Positions 1 to 8,675 of a stretch of DNA of 64,000 nt are shown here, in pieces. A program made the translations under genes and the position numbers. Source of the stretch: a virus. How positions within the stretch are numbered: the stretch's first letter is position 1; the number at the start of each line of letters is the position of its first letter. Where the stretch lies: positions 1-64,000 of the IMG/VR virus record IMGVR_UViG_3300042691_047443; one strand, 5' to 3'. The notes beneath the pieces are model-generated. The model did not search any database. It was not told where the DNA came from and worked only from the letters and a program-made list of their open reading frames with translations.

Positions 1-71
1 CTGTCATTACGACATTTTATCGTCACCAGGTCGCCCGGACAGATGTCTCGGGCTTCGCCATGCGCTTCCAT
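1..71 (-). CDS. Partial short GDLV-family protein (runs off window)
   Basis: Translated by hand from ATG at 71: MEAHGEARDICPGDLVTIKCRND...; same PGDLV motif as neighbours; not in ORF track. Confidence 0.55.
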   Translation of the reverse strand, partial: MEAHGEARDICPGDLVTIKCRND

Positions 72-85
72 GTCAATCTCTTTTT

Positions 86-331
86 TCAACTTGATGATGT
101 CTCCTGATCCCATGGGACCCTCCGGACCCGCAGGGCGACATTCACCACGTCGTCTTCCACCAAGGATAGCGACACGACACCTCGCCCCCGGGTCAGGATG
201 TGTACCTCTCCCCACACCGACATGAAGTCACGTATCTTGGAACTTGTCTTGTTGAACCCGACGACGAGTCCTTCGACCCCGAAACTGAAGTCGGGGTTGT
301 AGAGGATATAGTCACCTGGGCGGATACGCAT
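86..331 (-). CDS. Short SH3/KOW-like GDLV-family protein
   Basis: MRIRPGDYI...GLVVG; TGATG overlap with upstream gene. Confidence 0.6.
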   Translation of the reverse strand: MRIRPGDYILYNPDFSFGVEGLVVGFNKTSSKIRDFMSVWGEVHILTRGRGVVSLSLVEDDVVNVALRVRRVPWDQETSSS

Positions 332-711
332 CACTCATCCTCTACGATCTCAAACCGCACCCCGGGTCCGTCGCCTCGATTCCACCCGAGGAAACTTTCG
401 AACTTGAGAGCAAGTCGGTCACGCTCTTCCGGGGTCATCTCCTTCACCATCGCGACGATGTCTGGGTCACTCACGTAAATCTTGTGCATTCTGGGTTGAG
501 ACGCTGCGGGCGGACAAATTTCGTGGTTGTACGCGCCACGACCAGCTTCCCCGTTGTGCGAAATGAGGTTGTAGGAAACGCGATATTTTTCGTCAATGAT
601 TCCACCGTCTCCATGAATGAAGATACACACAACCCTCCATGGATTATACCCTCGCTCGTCGTCCACTAAATCTACAAGTTCATTAATACGATAACGAATG
701 TCGTAGTTCAT
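331..711 (-). CDS. Hypothetical protein (possible SH3-like N-terminus)
   Basis: 126 aa ORF, ATGA overlap with upstream gene; YRINELV start resembles the GDLV family. Confidence 0.6.
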   Translation of the reverse strand: MNYDIRYRINELVDLVDDERGYNPWRVVCIFIHGDGGIIDEKYRVSYNLISHNGEAGRGAYNHEICPPAASQPRMHKIYVSDPDIVAMVKEMTPEERDRLALKFESFLGWNRGDGPGVRFEIVEDE

Positions 712-914
712 GACACTTTCTCCATATGATCACCTGTCACCCAGCCTGTATACCTGAATGATACAATCCTATACCAGCTTGTCACCTTTGTATCAACCTC
801 CAGAATGATTGCGAGGTCACCCTCACGCATCCAACCAATCATTTTGACATTCCACACCGTGGTCTCATCCGTGAATCTAGCGAGAGAACCAGGCGGAATG
901 ATGTTGACTTTCAT
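708..914 (-). CDS. Short SH3-like GDLV-family protein
   Basis: MKVNIIPPGSLARF...GDLAIILE...WYRIVS..YTGWV; start moved to ATG 914 to avoid overlap. Confidence 0.6.
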   Translation of the reverse strand: MKVNIIPPGSLARFTDETTVWNVKMIGWMREGDLAIILEVDTKVTSWYRIVSFRYTGWVTGDHMEKVS

Positions 915-928
915 GTTTCCCCTCAAGA

Positions 929-1156
929 TCATCCCTTGCGCCGGACAATTTCCATATCGGTCCCCAACCCCCATCCCAACGATTCCTTATAAAGGACCTT
1001 CACCCACAGGTCCCCTGGGTGGTTCACAGACCCCAGCGTCGCGACCACGAGGTAACAATCACCATGAAATGTGGCGCGTTGGAACTTTACGTCCTCGTAG
1101 TCGTGAGGCGAATCCCACAAGAAAGTGGACCCGTTCACAAGGTCGCCGGGTCTCAT
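929..1156 (-). CDS. Short SH3-like GDLV-family protein
   Basis: MRPGDLV...LVVA...WVKVL....LGW; ATGA overlap with 1153..1365. Confidence 0.65.
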   Translation of the reverse strand: MRPGDLVNGSTFLWDSPHDYEDVKFQRATFHGDCYLVVATLGSVNHPGDLWVKVLYKESLGWGLGTDMEIVRRKG

Positions 1157-1365
1157 GTGACACGCTCTACGAGACCATCCGATATCCACCCGGCTCCGCT
1201 TTTGGTCAAGATTTGAACCCTTCCAATGTGGGGATTGTGTGATACGACAACCGCAACTTCACCTTTCTTCAGCACACCAATAGGTCGAGGACCAGGAGGA
1301 TTGTCCCAGATGTAGAATTGTTGTGTGTCAATCCTAACTGTGCGAACTAGGTCACCATTTCTCAT
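1153..1365 (-). CDS. Short SH3-like GDLV-family protein
   Basis: MRNGDLV...LKKGEVAVVV...VQILT..GAGWI, an SH3b-like pattern. Confidence 0.65.
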   Translation of the reverse strand: MRNGDLVRTVRIDTQQFYIWDNPPGPRPIGVLKKGEVAVVVSHNPHIGRVQILTKSGAGWISDGLVERVT

Positions 1366-1609
1366 TTATCACCTTCAGTGAGTCAGTCAACAACCATCCG
1401 AATCCATTGCTTCCAAACACTTGAGAAAAAGAGTCTTTAACTTCAATGACAAGGAGAGGTTCTTTTGGTTGAAGTAGGATTGAAGGTTCCCAGTGCTTGG
1501 GGCCGGGTCCGGGACCAGGATGCCCATAGGAGACCACAGGTATAGAACTATTGATTCTGGTGAGAGAACCTAGGCTTATTCTCTGTGCGGTGTCGGGTTC
1601 TCTTCCCAT
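1352..1609 (-). CDS. Short SH3-like GDLV-family protein
   Basis: LGSLTRI...LLVIEV...SQVFGSNGFGWL. Confidence 0.55.
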   Translation of the reverse strand: MGREPDTAQRISLGSLTRINSSIPVVSYGHPGPGPGPKHWEPSILLQPKEPLLVIEVKDSFSQVFGSNGFGWLLTDSLKVINEKW

Positions 1610-1902
1610 TCATATCCCTCGGGAACAACCATCGCGATGTCGTGCGCTGCACCATTGCTACCTTTGTCAAGACCCTTGCACACGATTCCCCACGAGGGTC
1701 TATACTTTACTTCATAGACCTTCATGTCAGGGTCGGGGTGACGAAACCATCCAAGAGTATATTCATCCGGACCGTTGTAGTATTTCTCTCCAAATCCATA
1801 GTGGAGATTACCATATTCAGACATCAGGGCTCGCCGAATGCGTCCCGAAGCGTCCATGATACAATTCCTAAACCTCTCGACCCGATTCATCTTTCCTCCC
1901 AT
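1576..1902 (-). CDS. Hypothetical protein
   Basis: ORF in the tightly packed minus-strand run; GGAGGA lies before the second Met, which may be the true start. Confidence 0.55.
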   Translation of the reverse strand: MGGKMNRVERFRNCIMDASGRIRRALMSEYGNLHYGFGEKYYNGPDEYTLGWFRHPDPDMKVYEVKYRPSWGIVCKGLDKGSNGAAHDIAMVVPEGYEWEENPTPHRE

Positions 1903-1925
1903 TCCATATTCTAGAATTTAGAATA

Positions 1926-2306
1926 TCAAGCTCGACCGTAGTCATCCTGATAACGAACGATGTCTTCCTCCGCGAACGAATCTCCCCTCTGCACCTCGAT
2001 GAAGACGAGGGGTTCATTCTCAGAATCATTACGGACCCGGTGCTTCTGTTCCTTGTCGATGATGACGAATGTTACACCCTTGCGACCACAAGGCGCCTCG
2101 ATAATCTCTCGCTTGTTGCTCAGCATGTCTTCAAGTTCGATGACACCAACGCCAGAGATGAACGTCCAGTGCTCTTCCCTGTGAAAGTGGGACTGGAGAG
2201 ACAATCTCCCTCCTGGATTCACAACGATTCTTTTCACCTTACACATGTCGTCTTCGTAAAGTTCCGTGTAATGTCCCCAAGGTCTATGTGTGGTCTTATC
2301 AGTCAT
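1926..2306 (-). CDS. Mannose-6-phosphate isomerase type II C-terminal cupin domain protein
   Basis: RPWG.Y..L...KVKRIVVNPGGRLSLQSH.HREEHW...HRVRN...LVFIEVQ.G....EEDIVRYQDDYGR; start placed 6 nt after the predicted -10. Confidence 0.9.
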   Translation of the reverse strand: MTDKTTHRPWGHYTELYEDDMCKVKRIVVNPGGRLSLQSHFHREEHWTFISGVGVIELEDMLSNKREIIEAPCGRKGVTFVIIDKEQKHRVRNDSENEPLVFIEVQRGDSFAEEDIVRYQDDYGRA

Positions 2307-2312
2307 GTGTAT

Positions 2313-2342
2313 ATGATACACCAGAAGTGTTCATTTGGACAA
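2313..2342 (-). promoter_or_regulatory. Sigma70-like promoter, leaderless
   Basis: TTGTCC-N18-TATCAT-N6-ATG(2306). Confidence 0.55.
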
Positions 2343-2345
2343 CTT

Positions 2346-2528
2346 TTAATCCGGTGTGGGGTTAAACACCTGCCCATCCCAATCCCAGGACCTGTGTGGG
2401 GCGTCCTGAGGATATTTCCGATTGAGTTCCCTCACAATGGCGTGGGGGATGTCCGTGGAACCGAGACCGCCGATCAGCTCGACCGGGTCGCCGTCCTTGT
2501 CACAGATTACCGTAAAAGGATTTACCAT
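2346..2528 (-). CDS. Hypothetical protein
   Basis: Short ORF filling the gap in the minus-strand run. Confidence 0.5.
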   Translation of the reverse strand: MVNPFTVICDKDGDPVELIGGLGSTDIPHAIVRELNRKYPQDAPHRSWDWDGQVFNPTPD

Positions 2529-2758
2529 CGGTCCACCCAATCCCAAACAGAAGTCGAGACAAAACGTTCCCCACCCTTGGGCAACTCATCTCCGACGTAC
2601 ATGACACGCCACAGGTGAGGTTGTACAACGTCGTCTTCACTCACGTATCTACTCAGAAGAACTGCAGGATATAAGTGAGACAGGCCAACCTTGTTCTTCC
2701 CAGGAACAAGGACGAGGTCGCCTGTCTGGTATTCTCTCTTTGGCCTGTGCTTCTTCAT
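2522..2758 (-). CDS. Short KOW/SH3-like GDLV-family protein
   Basis: YQTGDLVLV...PAVLL...WRVMY. Confidence 0.6.
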   Translation of the reverse strand: MKKHRPKREYQTGDLVLVPGKNKVGLSHLYPAVLLSRYVSEDDVVQPHLWRVMYVGDELPKGGERFVSTSVWDWVDRW

Positions 2759-2779
2759 TTTCTCATAATAACGTGTGAT

Positions 2780-2953
2780 TTAAATCAACGTCATGTACCT
2801 TGATGAAAACACCTTCACCCTTCCATTCGAAGATAGTACAGTGTAGAAAACACTGTCGCCCCTTCCTACATCATCTCTGCGGCCTAAGACGACACACAAA
2901 AAAGTTTGAAAGGTTACATTGGAATAATATCTGACGAGGTCCCCAGGTTTCAT
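2780..2953 (-). CDS. Short KOW/SH3-like GDLV-family protein (57 aa, below ORF-track cutoff)
   Basis: Translated by hand: MKPGDLVRYYSNVTFQTFLCVVLGRRDDVGRGDSVFYTVLSSNGRVKVFSSRYMTLI*. Confidence 0.7.
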   Translation of the reverse strand: MKPGDLVRYYSNVTFQTFLCVVLGRRDDVGRGDSVFYTVLSSNGRVKVFSSRYMTLI

Positions 2954-2961
2954 TTACTTCC

Positions 2962-2991
2962 ATGATAAGATGTTTAGGTGCGGGTTTTCAC
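2962..2991 (-). promoter_or_regulatory. Sigma70-like promoter upstream of the GDLV array
   Basis: GTGAAA-N18-TATCAT-N8-ATG(2953). Confidence 0.5.
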
Positions 2992-2998
2992 AAGAGAA

Positions 2999-4453
2999 TC
3001 AACTCCAGTTGTGTATGAAACCGTCTGGAGAGGCGACTATATTGCCGGGGTTCGCAGGATCACCGAAGAGCGTCGTTTCGTCCTTTCGGCAATTTACGAA
3101 CTTCGTGTCAGGATGTACAATGCAACTTCGAAAATCCACACCCCTCAGGTCCACGTTCTCAAACGTCACGCCCTTTAGGACGGTACGATCAAATTTTGTT
3201 TTGCTGAGGCCTAGGTCACGAAATGTTGTTGATGCGAATTTGCAATTTTTAAACTGCGTGCCCTTCAAGGAAGAGTTTGTGATGTTGCCGTTTGTGAACA
3301 CGCCGTAAGAAAACATCGAGGCATCGATCTTACAGTTCATGATTTCGCTGTCGGTGTAGCGTGTAGCACTGCTCTTTACCTTCGATAAGTCGCAATCGAT
3401 CAATTCGCCTCCTGCAAATTCGGAGCTGTTCAAGGCCGCTCCTTGAAAGAGGCAATTCACAAATTTTACCCGAGAGCTCGAAGACTGGTCTAGCGTAGTT
3501 TCGTTAAACTTGCAGTCTTGCACGGTGATACCGTTACCAAACGTAGGCCGTTCAAACTTAGTCCCAAAGAAATCTATCCCGCCGATGCTTCTATCAAACT
3601 TGACACCAACTAACATGCAAGTCAGAAAAGTAGAGCCTTTTGGAATTCGACCAAACGTATGGTCCACGAGACTTACGTCGTTATGGTGATTCTTTAGAGA
3701 TTGATCGAACAGTTGATCTGGATTCGTTGTCAGCTCATCTTTCTTGATAACATCAAGGAGCTCTAGGTAATTGGAGTCAAAGAATACGGATTGCGCTGGC
3801 TCTGGTCCGAAAATCACCCCATTACCAGGGTCCGCGACGCCATCATATTCCAGCAACCTGTGAATCACCTGAGCCCATTTATTTACAAAGTTCTCCTTGT
3901 CCTCAGTGTCTTGTGCCTCTTTGCTCGATGAGCGCTTGTCGCTTAGCATGCCCTTTGACACGATGCGCGAAAAGATACGAGACACGTTCCAGATCTTACC
4001 CGCGGGAGTCTGCACCCGAGCACGTTTCTTTGCCTCTTCGATGACGTCAGCGTCTAGCCCATTGTCCATGAGGATTTGCAGGTCTCTCTCAAGGTCACCC
4101 TCTGTGTAGCTGTCGTCAAGATTCAGGAGCCTCGTTGAGGACTTCGGCTTGAAGATGATCATGTAAGGCCTCTCCACCGCAAACTCAGAGATCTTACCGG
4201 GCTTGAGAGGATAACCGTAAAACCCCGTGGGGGTCGTGAACTTGTTGCTGGGATATATCCCGAACTTTGGAAAGAGCGAAAAGTGTATGTACACACCGGG
4301 CATCTTTGAATAGTGCTGGAGAGATTCTCGCCAGTCGCCGTAGCGCTTGTCTCCGTGGACCATGTCGAGCTTTTTTCCTGTCTCACGCTCGTACCTTGTG
4401 ATTTCTAACAAATTTTCGCGGATTGCCCACCTGAGAAGATCGTAACTTTGCAT
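2999..4453 (-). CDS. Pentapeptide-repeat protein with unknown N-terminal domain
   Basis: C-terminal ~200 aa of 5-residue periodic xF/Lxxx repeats (CKFNE TTLDQ...VTFEN VDLRG VDFRS); N-terminal LLRWAIRE motif. Confidence 0.8.
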   Translation of the reverse strand: MQSYDLLRWAIRENLLEITRYERETGKKLDMVHGDKRYGDWRESLQHYSKMPGVYIHFSLFPKFGIYPSNKFTTPTGFYGYPLKPGKISEFAVERPYMIIFKPKSSTRLLNLDDSYTEGDLERDLQILMDNGLDADVIEEAKKRARVQTPAGKIWNVSRIFSRIVSKGMLSDKRSSSKEAQDTEDKENFVNKWAQVIHRLLEYDGVADPGNGVIFGPEPAQSVFFDSNYLELLDVIKKDELTTNPDQLFDQSLKNHHNDVSLVDHTFGRIPKGSTFLTCMLVGVKFDRSIGGIDFFGTKFERPTFGNGITVQDCKFNETTLDQSSSSRVKFVNCLFQGAALNSSEFAGGELIDCDLSKVKSSATRYTDSEIMNCKIDASMFSYGVFTNGNITNSSLKGTQFKNCKFASTTFRDLGLSKTKFDRTVLKGVTFENVDLRGVDFRSCIVHPDTKFVNCRKDETTLFGDPANPGNIVASPDGFIHNWS

Positions 4454-4462
4454 TTGTTGACC

Positions 4463-4702
4463 TCAATTTTGCAAATATTCATTTAACCACGAAAGCAACG
4501 TGTCCCTGTCATAATGGATCTTTTCAGGTGCATCCTTGAGCCCATCCCTCAGGTCAGTCAACGCTCCAGTGAGAATAGCATTCTTTGTGTTGCTTTTCTC
4601 CAGCTTGTCGAGACAGATGACCAGATAATCGGTATAAGAATTGAATAGCGCAACCTTTTTCCGAGCGTCTTGTATCCAGTCGACTTCAGAAATTTCAGCC
4701 AT
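4463..4702 (-). CDS. Hypothetical protein
   Basis: Strong RBS AAGGAGG and an upstream promoter. Confidence 0.7.
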   Translation of the reverse strand: MAEISEVDWIQDARKKVALFNSYTDYLVICLDKLEKSNTKNAILTGALTDLRDGLKDAPEKIHYDRDTLLSWLNEYLQN

Positions 4703-4721
4703 GTGAATCCTCCTTAGCGTG

Positions 4722-4751
4722 AATCTAACTCAGTGAAAAAAAGTTTTACAA
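4722..4751 (-). promoter_or_regulatory. Sigma70-like promoter
   Basis: TTGTAA-N18-TAGATT upstream of RBS-led gene at 4702. Confidence 0.5.
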
Positions 4752-4753
4752 GG

Positions 4754-5146
4754 TCAACCCACACCAGGATGGCCGTTAGATCCTGTGAGCGTCATGAAGT
4801 TTCTAACGGGTATTGTGGTGAGCCCACAAAATAACTGATAGTCAACATCAACACCCGCAGAACACGAAATGTACAAAGCACTACACCTTATGTTGTGATG
4901 GACTGTATCACCTTGATCAAGAGTGACAAAATTTCCCGTGTTAAACCCGTTTCTTGTGAATGCAACTGCAATCTTATCTGTTCCCACCGTTCCTTTGTTT
5001 GCAACATCTACAAAGCAACTAACAAATGGAAAACCGTGCTTCTGAATTTCACCATTTGAAATCAAGGAAGACGTCAGATACGGCAACGCTGAAATTTGAT
5101 ACGCTGGAACAAAATGTTCGTCGCTAGATGGCCAATTAATACCCAT
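4754..5146 (-). CDS. Hypothetical beta-rich protein, possibly virion-associated
   Basis: 130 aa ORF; upstream ATAATTA motif 5 nt before ATG. Confidence 0.65.
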   Translation of the reverse strand: MGINWPSSDEHFVPAYQISALPYLTSSLISNGEIQKHGFPFVSCFVDVANKGTVGTDKIAVAFTRNGFNTGNFVTLDQGDTVHHNIRCSALYISCSAGVDVDYQLFCGLTTIPVRNFMTLTGSNGHPGVG

Positions 5147-5177
5147 GCTCTTAATTATATATTGAGGGGAAAATTAT

Positions 5178-6725
5178 ATGTCTGGATTTACATCTCTTGG
5201 AAAGAAAAACGCAGGTGGGACTGGAGACGGTGGTGTCTTCAATGCAAATGCCATTGGCCCATTCGGGACGTCACTTGTGTCCAGCATGACGCCTTCCGGC
5301 CAGGGAACGTTTGTGCATGGCATAAACAGCGCTATCTGGACCACTGGATCCAACGGCAGCGGCGGCCCGACGGTCTCTGCAAGCGATGCCATCGCCACTT
5401 GCACATCAGGCGGTTCTCCATACGCGTCGGCGGTGCTTCGCCTGAACAGAAGCAGCAAATACAGGGCAGGTCAAGGGACCATTGCCAGACTCACTGCAAT
5501 ATTCGGGGGTGGAAGCGCTGACACCCTACAGCTGGCCGGTGTGGGTAACGCTGAGTGTGGTTATTACTTCGCGATGAGCGGCACGAACTTCGGCATTCTT
5601 CACCGCGAAAGATCCAAGAGAGAGATCAGGGAATTCGCAAACGTGACTGGCGTCGGTGCAACCACGTTGACTGTCACCCTCGGCGGTGTGGTGAAGAGCA
5701 TAACCATCGACGGCGGAAGCAACGCAAATCAAACCGCGTACCTGATATCGAAACAAGACTACTCAAGGGTGGGCATGGGTTGGACTGCTGAGGCCCACGG
5801 CGCCAAGGTGCATTTCATCTCCAGCACTCCTGGGCCTGTCGAGGGAACGTTCAGCATCTTCAATGGGGCATCCTCAATCGCAACGACGGCAAGGACGCAA
5901 GCAGGCGTTCTGCCCACAGAGACATTCATCCCTCAATCAAGTTGGAACGTCGATCCAATGGACGGGAATGGTCCCACACGCTTCGACATGGATCCGACCA
6001 AAGGCAATGTATACGGAATAGGTTATCAATTCCTCGGGTTTGGAAATCCAACGTTTAGCGTCGAAAACCCAGAGACTGGACTGTTGGCCCAATGTCACAT
6101 GATACAGTGGGCAGGTTCTCACACGAGCACTGTCTTAAAAAATCCTGCGATGACTATACGATGGGAAGCGATCAACAGCGGGTCTTCAGCATCTTCCGTG
6201 AGTGTCAGCGGGGCATCTGGCGGTTTGTTCACTGAAGGTATCGTCCAGCGAAATGTTGGAGTAGCATTCTCAGCGGCGGGCACAAAGTCCGACATCAGCA
6301 CAACAGAATTGCCCATCTTGACCGTAAGAGCAAACCAAATTTATGGTTCGGTCTGCAGTTATGGTGAGTTGGCCCCTTTTAACATCTCACTCGGCAACGA
6401 AACTGGAAACTCAAGCAGCGGAAAGTTGTTAAGAATAAATCTCTACAAAAATATCGGTTTGACGGGGCCAGTTAATTTTCAGAATCTAGACTCGGCCAGG
6501 TCGATTGCTTCTGTCGATACAACCGCGACCGGTATTTCTACGACGGCAAACCAGCAGCTTCTCAAGAGCATCATCGTGGCAGCAAATGATTCGATTGTGT
6601 TGAAACTTGAGGACGAAAACTTCTTCATCGTCAACGGGGACACCTTAACAATCACTGCGCAACGTGCGGGAGGCTCGAACATTGACACGGCAGCAGCGTC
6701 AGTCTCATGGTTCGAAGATCAGTGA
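5178..6725 (+). CDS. Gly/Ser/Thr-rich beta-structured protein, putative virion structural or fibre-like
   Basis: 515 aa, the only large plus-strand ORF; composition typical of phage structural beta proteins. Confidence 0.6.
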   Translation: MSGFTSLGKKNAGGTGDGGVFNANAIGPFGTSLVSSMTPSGQGTFVHGINSAIWTTGSNGSGGPTVSASDAIATCTSGGSPYASAVLRLNRSSKYRAGQGTIARLTAIFGGGSADTLQLAGVGNAECGYYFAMSGTNFGILHRERSKREIREFANVTGVGATTLTVTLGGVVKSITIDGGSNANQTAYLISKQDYSRVGMGWTAEAHGAKVHFISSTPGPVEGTFSIFNGASSIATTARTQAGVLPTETFIPQSSWNVDPMDGNGPTRFDMDPTKGNVYGIGYQFLGFGNPTFSVENPETGLLAQCHMIQWAGSHTSTVLKNPAMTIRWEAINSGSSASSVSVSGASGGLFTEGIVQRNVGVAFSAAGTKSDISTTELPILTVRANQIYGSVCSYGELAPFNISLGNETGNSSSGKLLRINLYKNIGLTGPVNFQNLDSARSIASVDTTATGISTTANQQLLKSIIVAANDSIVLKLEDENFFIVNGDTLTITAQRAGGSNIDTAAASVSWFEDQ

Positions 6726-7010
6726 TTAAGACATGAGTTGATCACCCGGAAGCTTCACGGGTGGCGGATCTTTAATGTCAAAGGAAAAGAACTGAGAGAC
6801 AGTATCGTCCCACATGGTGACGTCGCCATTTGCACCGACACCCTTGAAAATGCAGAGCGACACCTGCTTCTTGTCGTAACGAATCCTTTCTACAACGACC
6901 TTTTCCCCGAGAGACACGATAAACTTTCCGTCCACAATGGCATCAGCAGCCTTGCTAAAATCAAACTTGACCTTCTTGATTCGCTGGGCGGGCTTCTTCT
7001 CTTTCTTCAT
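6726..7010 (-). CDS. Hypothetical protein
   Basis: 94 aa ORF ending flush against the stop of the plus-strand gene. Confidence 0.6.
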   Translation of the reverse strand: MKKEKKPAQRIKKVKFDFSKAADAIVDGKFIVSLGEKVVVERIRYDKKQVSLCIFKGVGANGDVTMWDDTVSQFFSFDIKDPPPVKLPGDQLMS

Positions 7011-7416
7011 GTAACTTTCTCCATTCGTAGTACCTCACAAGCGCACCGTCTTTCGGTGGCTCGGCAGGCAGCAATCCCCTACAGAATATATCATAAGCTG
7101 CTCCGGCGTATTCACCGATTCCAGGGAGCTCTCGGGCATCACTCCAGATGCCGTAAATATAAGCCTTAGACATCTTAATGATATTTTCAGAACGTCTGTT
7201 AGCGAAGCCCAGGGGCTTTATGATGTCAATCAAGGCACGTCTGTCACTGTCAATAAGCGCTTCAGGCGTAGGCCACGCGTAGAAGAACTTCGGCAATATT
7301 TTTTCAACTTGCTTCCTCGAAGTGCAATTCAAGAACATGCATGCCAGCAGAATCTTCCACTTGTCTGGCCACAGATCTTCCTGTATTAGTCCAAAGGGAG
7401 ACCGTGGCGGTATCAA
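6961..7416 (-). CDS. MBD4-like HhH-GPD DNA glycosylase
   Basis: PPRSPFGLIQE.L....WK.L.A..FLN.TS and ELPGIGEYA..AY.IFC...P.D..L..Y..W match the MBD4 glycosylase domain. Confidence 0.85.
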   Translation of the reverse strand: MIPPRSPFGLIQEDLWPDKWKILLACMFLNCTSRKQVEKILPKFFYAWPTPEALIDSDRRALIDIIKPLGFANRRSENIIKMSKAYIYGIWSDARELPGIGEYAGAAYDIFCRGLLPAEPPKDGALVRYYEWRKLHEEREEARPANQEGQV

Positions 7417-8411
7417 TGAACTTCCTTATAGTGAAACACTTGATCCAACGTCATGCCTGCTGACTGCTCGACTAGATCCCTGTCAGAGAGGATCTGCATC
7501 CTGACGTCTTCGTTAGGTCCTGAAAACTCTCTCACAAACTTGAACCTTGACGGGCGCTTCTTCAGAGAATCGTCGATCTTATCAATGTCATTTGCTGTCA
7601 TGATGAAGACGACGCCCTTGTAGTCGTTGTAGGCGCCGTCCAACGCATTGATGATGGAATCAAACGTGAATCTGACGTGTTCGTTCTTCATGAGACATTC
7701 ACGACCATCGAAGTAGGTGTCAAAGTCCTCTAGGAGAACTATGCAGTTGGCTGGAATGTTAGCAAACATCGTTGAGATCTCGATGTTGGAGTACTCGGGT
7801 GAGAAGTACACAATGTTAATCGGCATATTATGTTTCTTTGCGAGGTACTTGACGAACTGTGTCTTTCCGTTGCCTGGCTTACCGTAAAGTAACATGCTCG
7901 TCTTATGAGCCCTGCCGGAAAGGACGTTAATGACGTCGGCTTCCATGTCACGGAAGTCCTCAGGACTCATGTAAAGCTTCGGATCGTCTTCCTTGATGAT
8001 CTCTCCGAGCTTCTCATTTCCACCTGGGCTCAACGCATTGACAGGTACGGTCACTTCGTCCGAGGAGCGTGTAAAGAGCTTGTCCATCTTCGACCTATTC
8101 CACCTCAAGAAGGTTGCCTGGCTGATATCCTCTTTGCTTTTCCACCCCGCGTTGAGGAGCCTTTCTTCACGAGAGAAATAGAATGAAACACCATCAAGAC
8201 GGACGACTGCAGAAAAAGTTTCAGGCAGCTTTGGAGGAATTGTGTGCTGAGAGTTTATGATATACTTAAACTTTTTCTCAAAAAGGATCCTTGACAGGAT
8301 TCTCTTTGAGGTGTCAGACTCAAGTCGATAAGTGCAGATAAGCACGTAACGAAAGAAAGCCCAGATAGAGCCTAAAAAGCCGATGATCGCAGTGATGCTT
8401 AGAAAATTCAT
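7413..8411 (-). CDS. Membrane-anchored AAA+ ATPase (BCS1-like)
   Basis: N-terminal TM; Walker A LLYGKPGNGKT; Walker B IVLLEDFD; INALDG; IMTAN...RPSRF. Confidence 0.85.
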   Translation of the reverse strand: MNFLSITAIIGFLGSIWAFFRYVLICTYRLESDTSKRILSRILFEKKFKYIINSQHTIPPKLPETFSAVVRLDGVSFYFSREERLLNAGWKSKEDISQATFLRWNRSKMDKLFTRSSDEVTVPVNALSPGGNEKLGEIIKEDDPKLYMSPEDFRDMEADVINVLSGRAHKTSMLLYGKPGNGKTQFVKYLAKKHNMPINIVYFSPEYSNIEISTMFANIPANCIVLLEDFDTYFDGRECLMKNEHVRFTFDSIINALDGAYNDYKGVVFIMTANDIDKIDDSLKKRPSRFKFVREFSGPNEDVRMQILSDRDLVEQSAGMTLDQVFHYKEVH

Positions 8412-8417
8412 GTTTCC

Positions 8418-8675
8418 TCAACAGGGGTTGTTTCTGTACCATTCGATGAGACGAAGGATCTCACCTGCTTGAGAATCGTCGCAGTCTTTGTAAGACTTGC
8501 CTAAACGAGCCTTCAGGCGCTCCCAAATGTGAGCGTATGAATTGCGTTGCTTCAAAAATGGACAAGGTGGGAGTTTTCCCTTTAGATGATCTCCTGCCTC
8601 ACGGGCAGCCATCCTAATGATCTTTTGATTGTCTGGGGATAATGCCATACCTTTATGGTATTCGGTTACCTTCAT
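8418..8675 (-). CDS. Hypothetical phage protein
   Basis: 85 aa ORF in an operon-like run. Confidence 0.65.
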   Translation of the reverse strand: MKVTEYHKGMALSPDNQKIIRMAAREAGDHLKGKLPPCPFLKQRNSYAHIWERLKARLGKSYKDCDDSQAGEILRLIEWYRNNPC

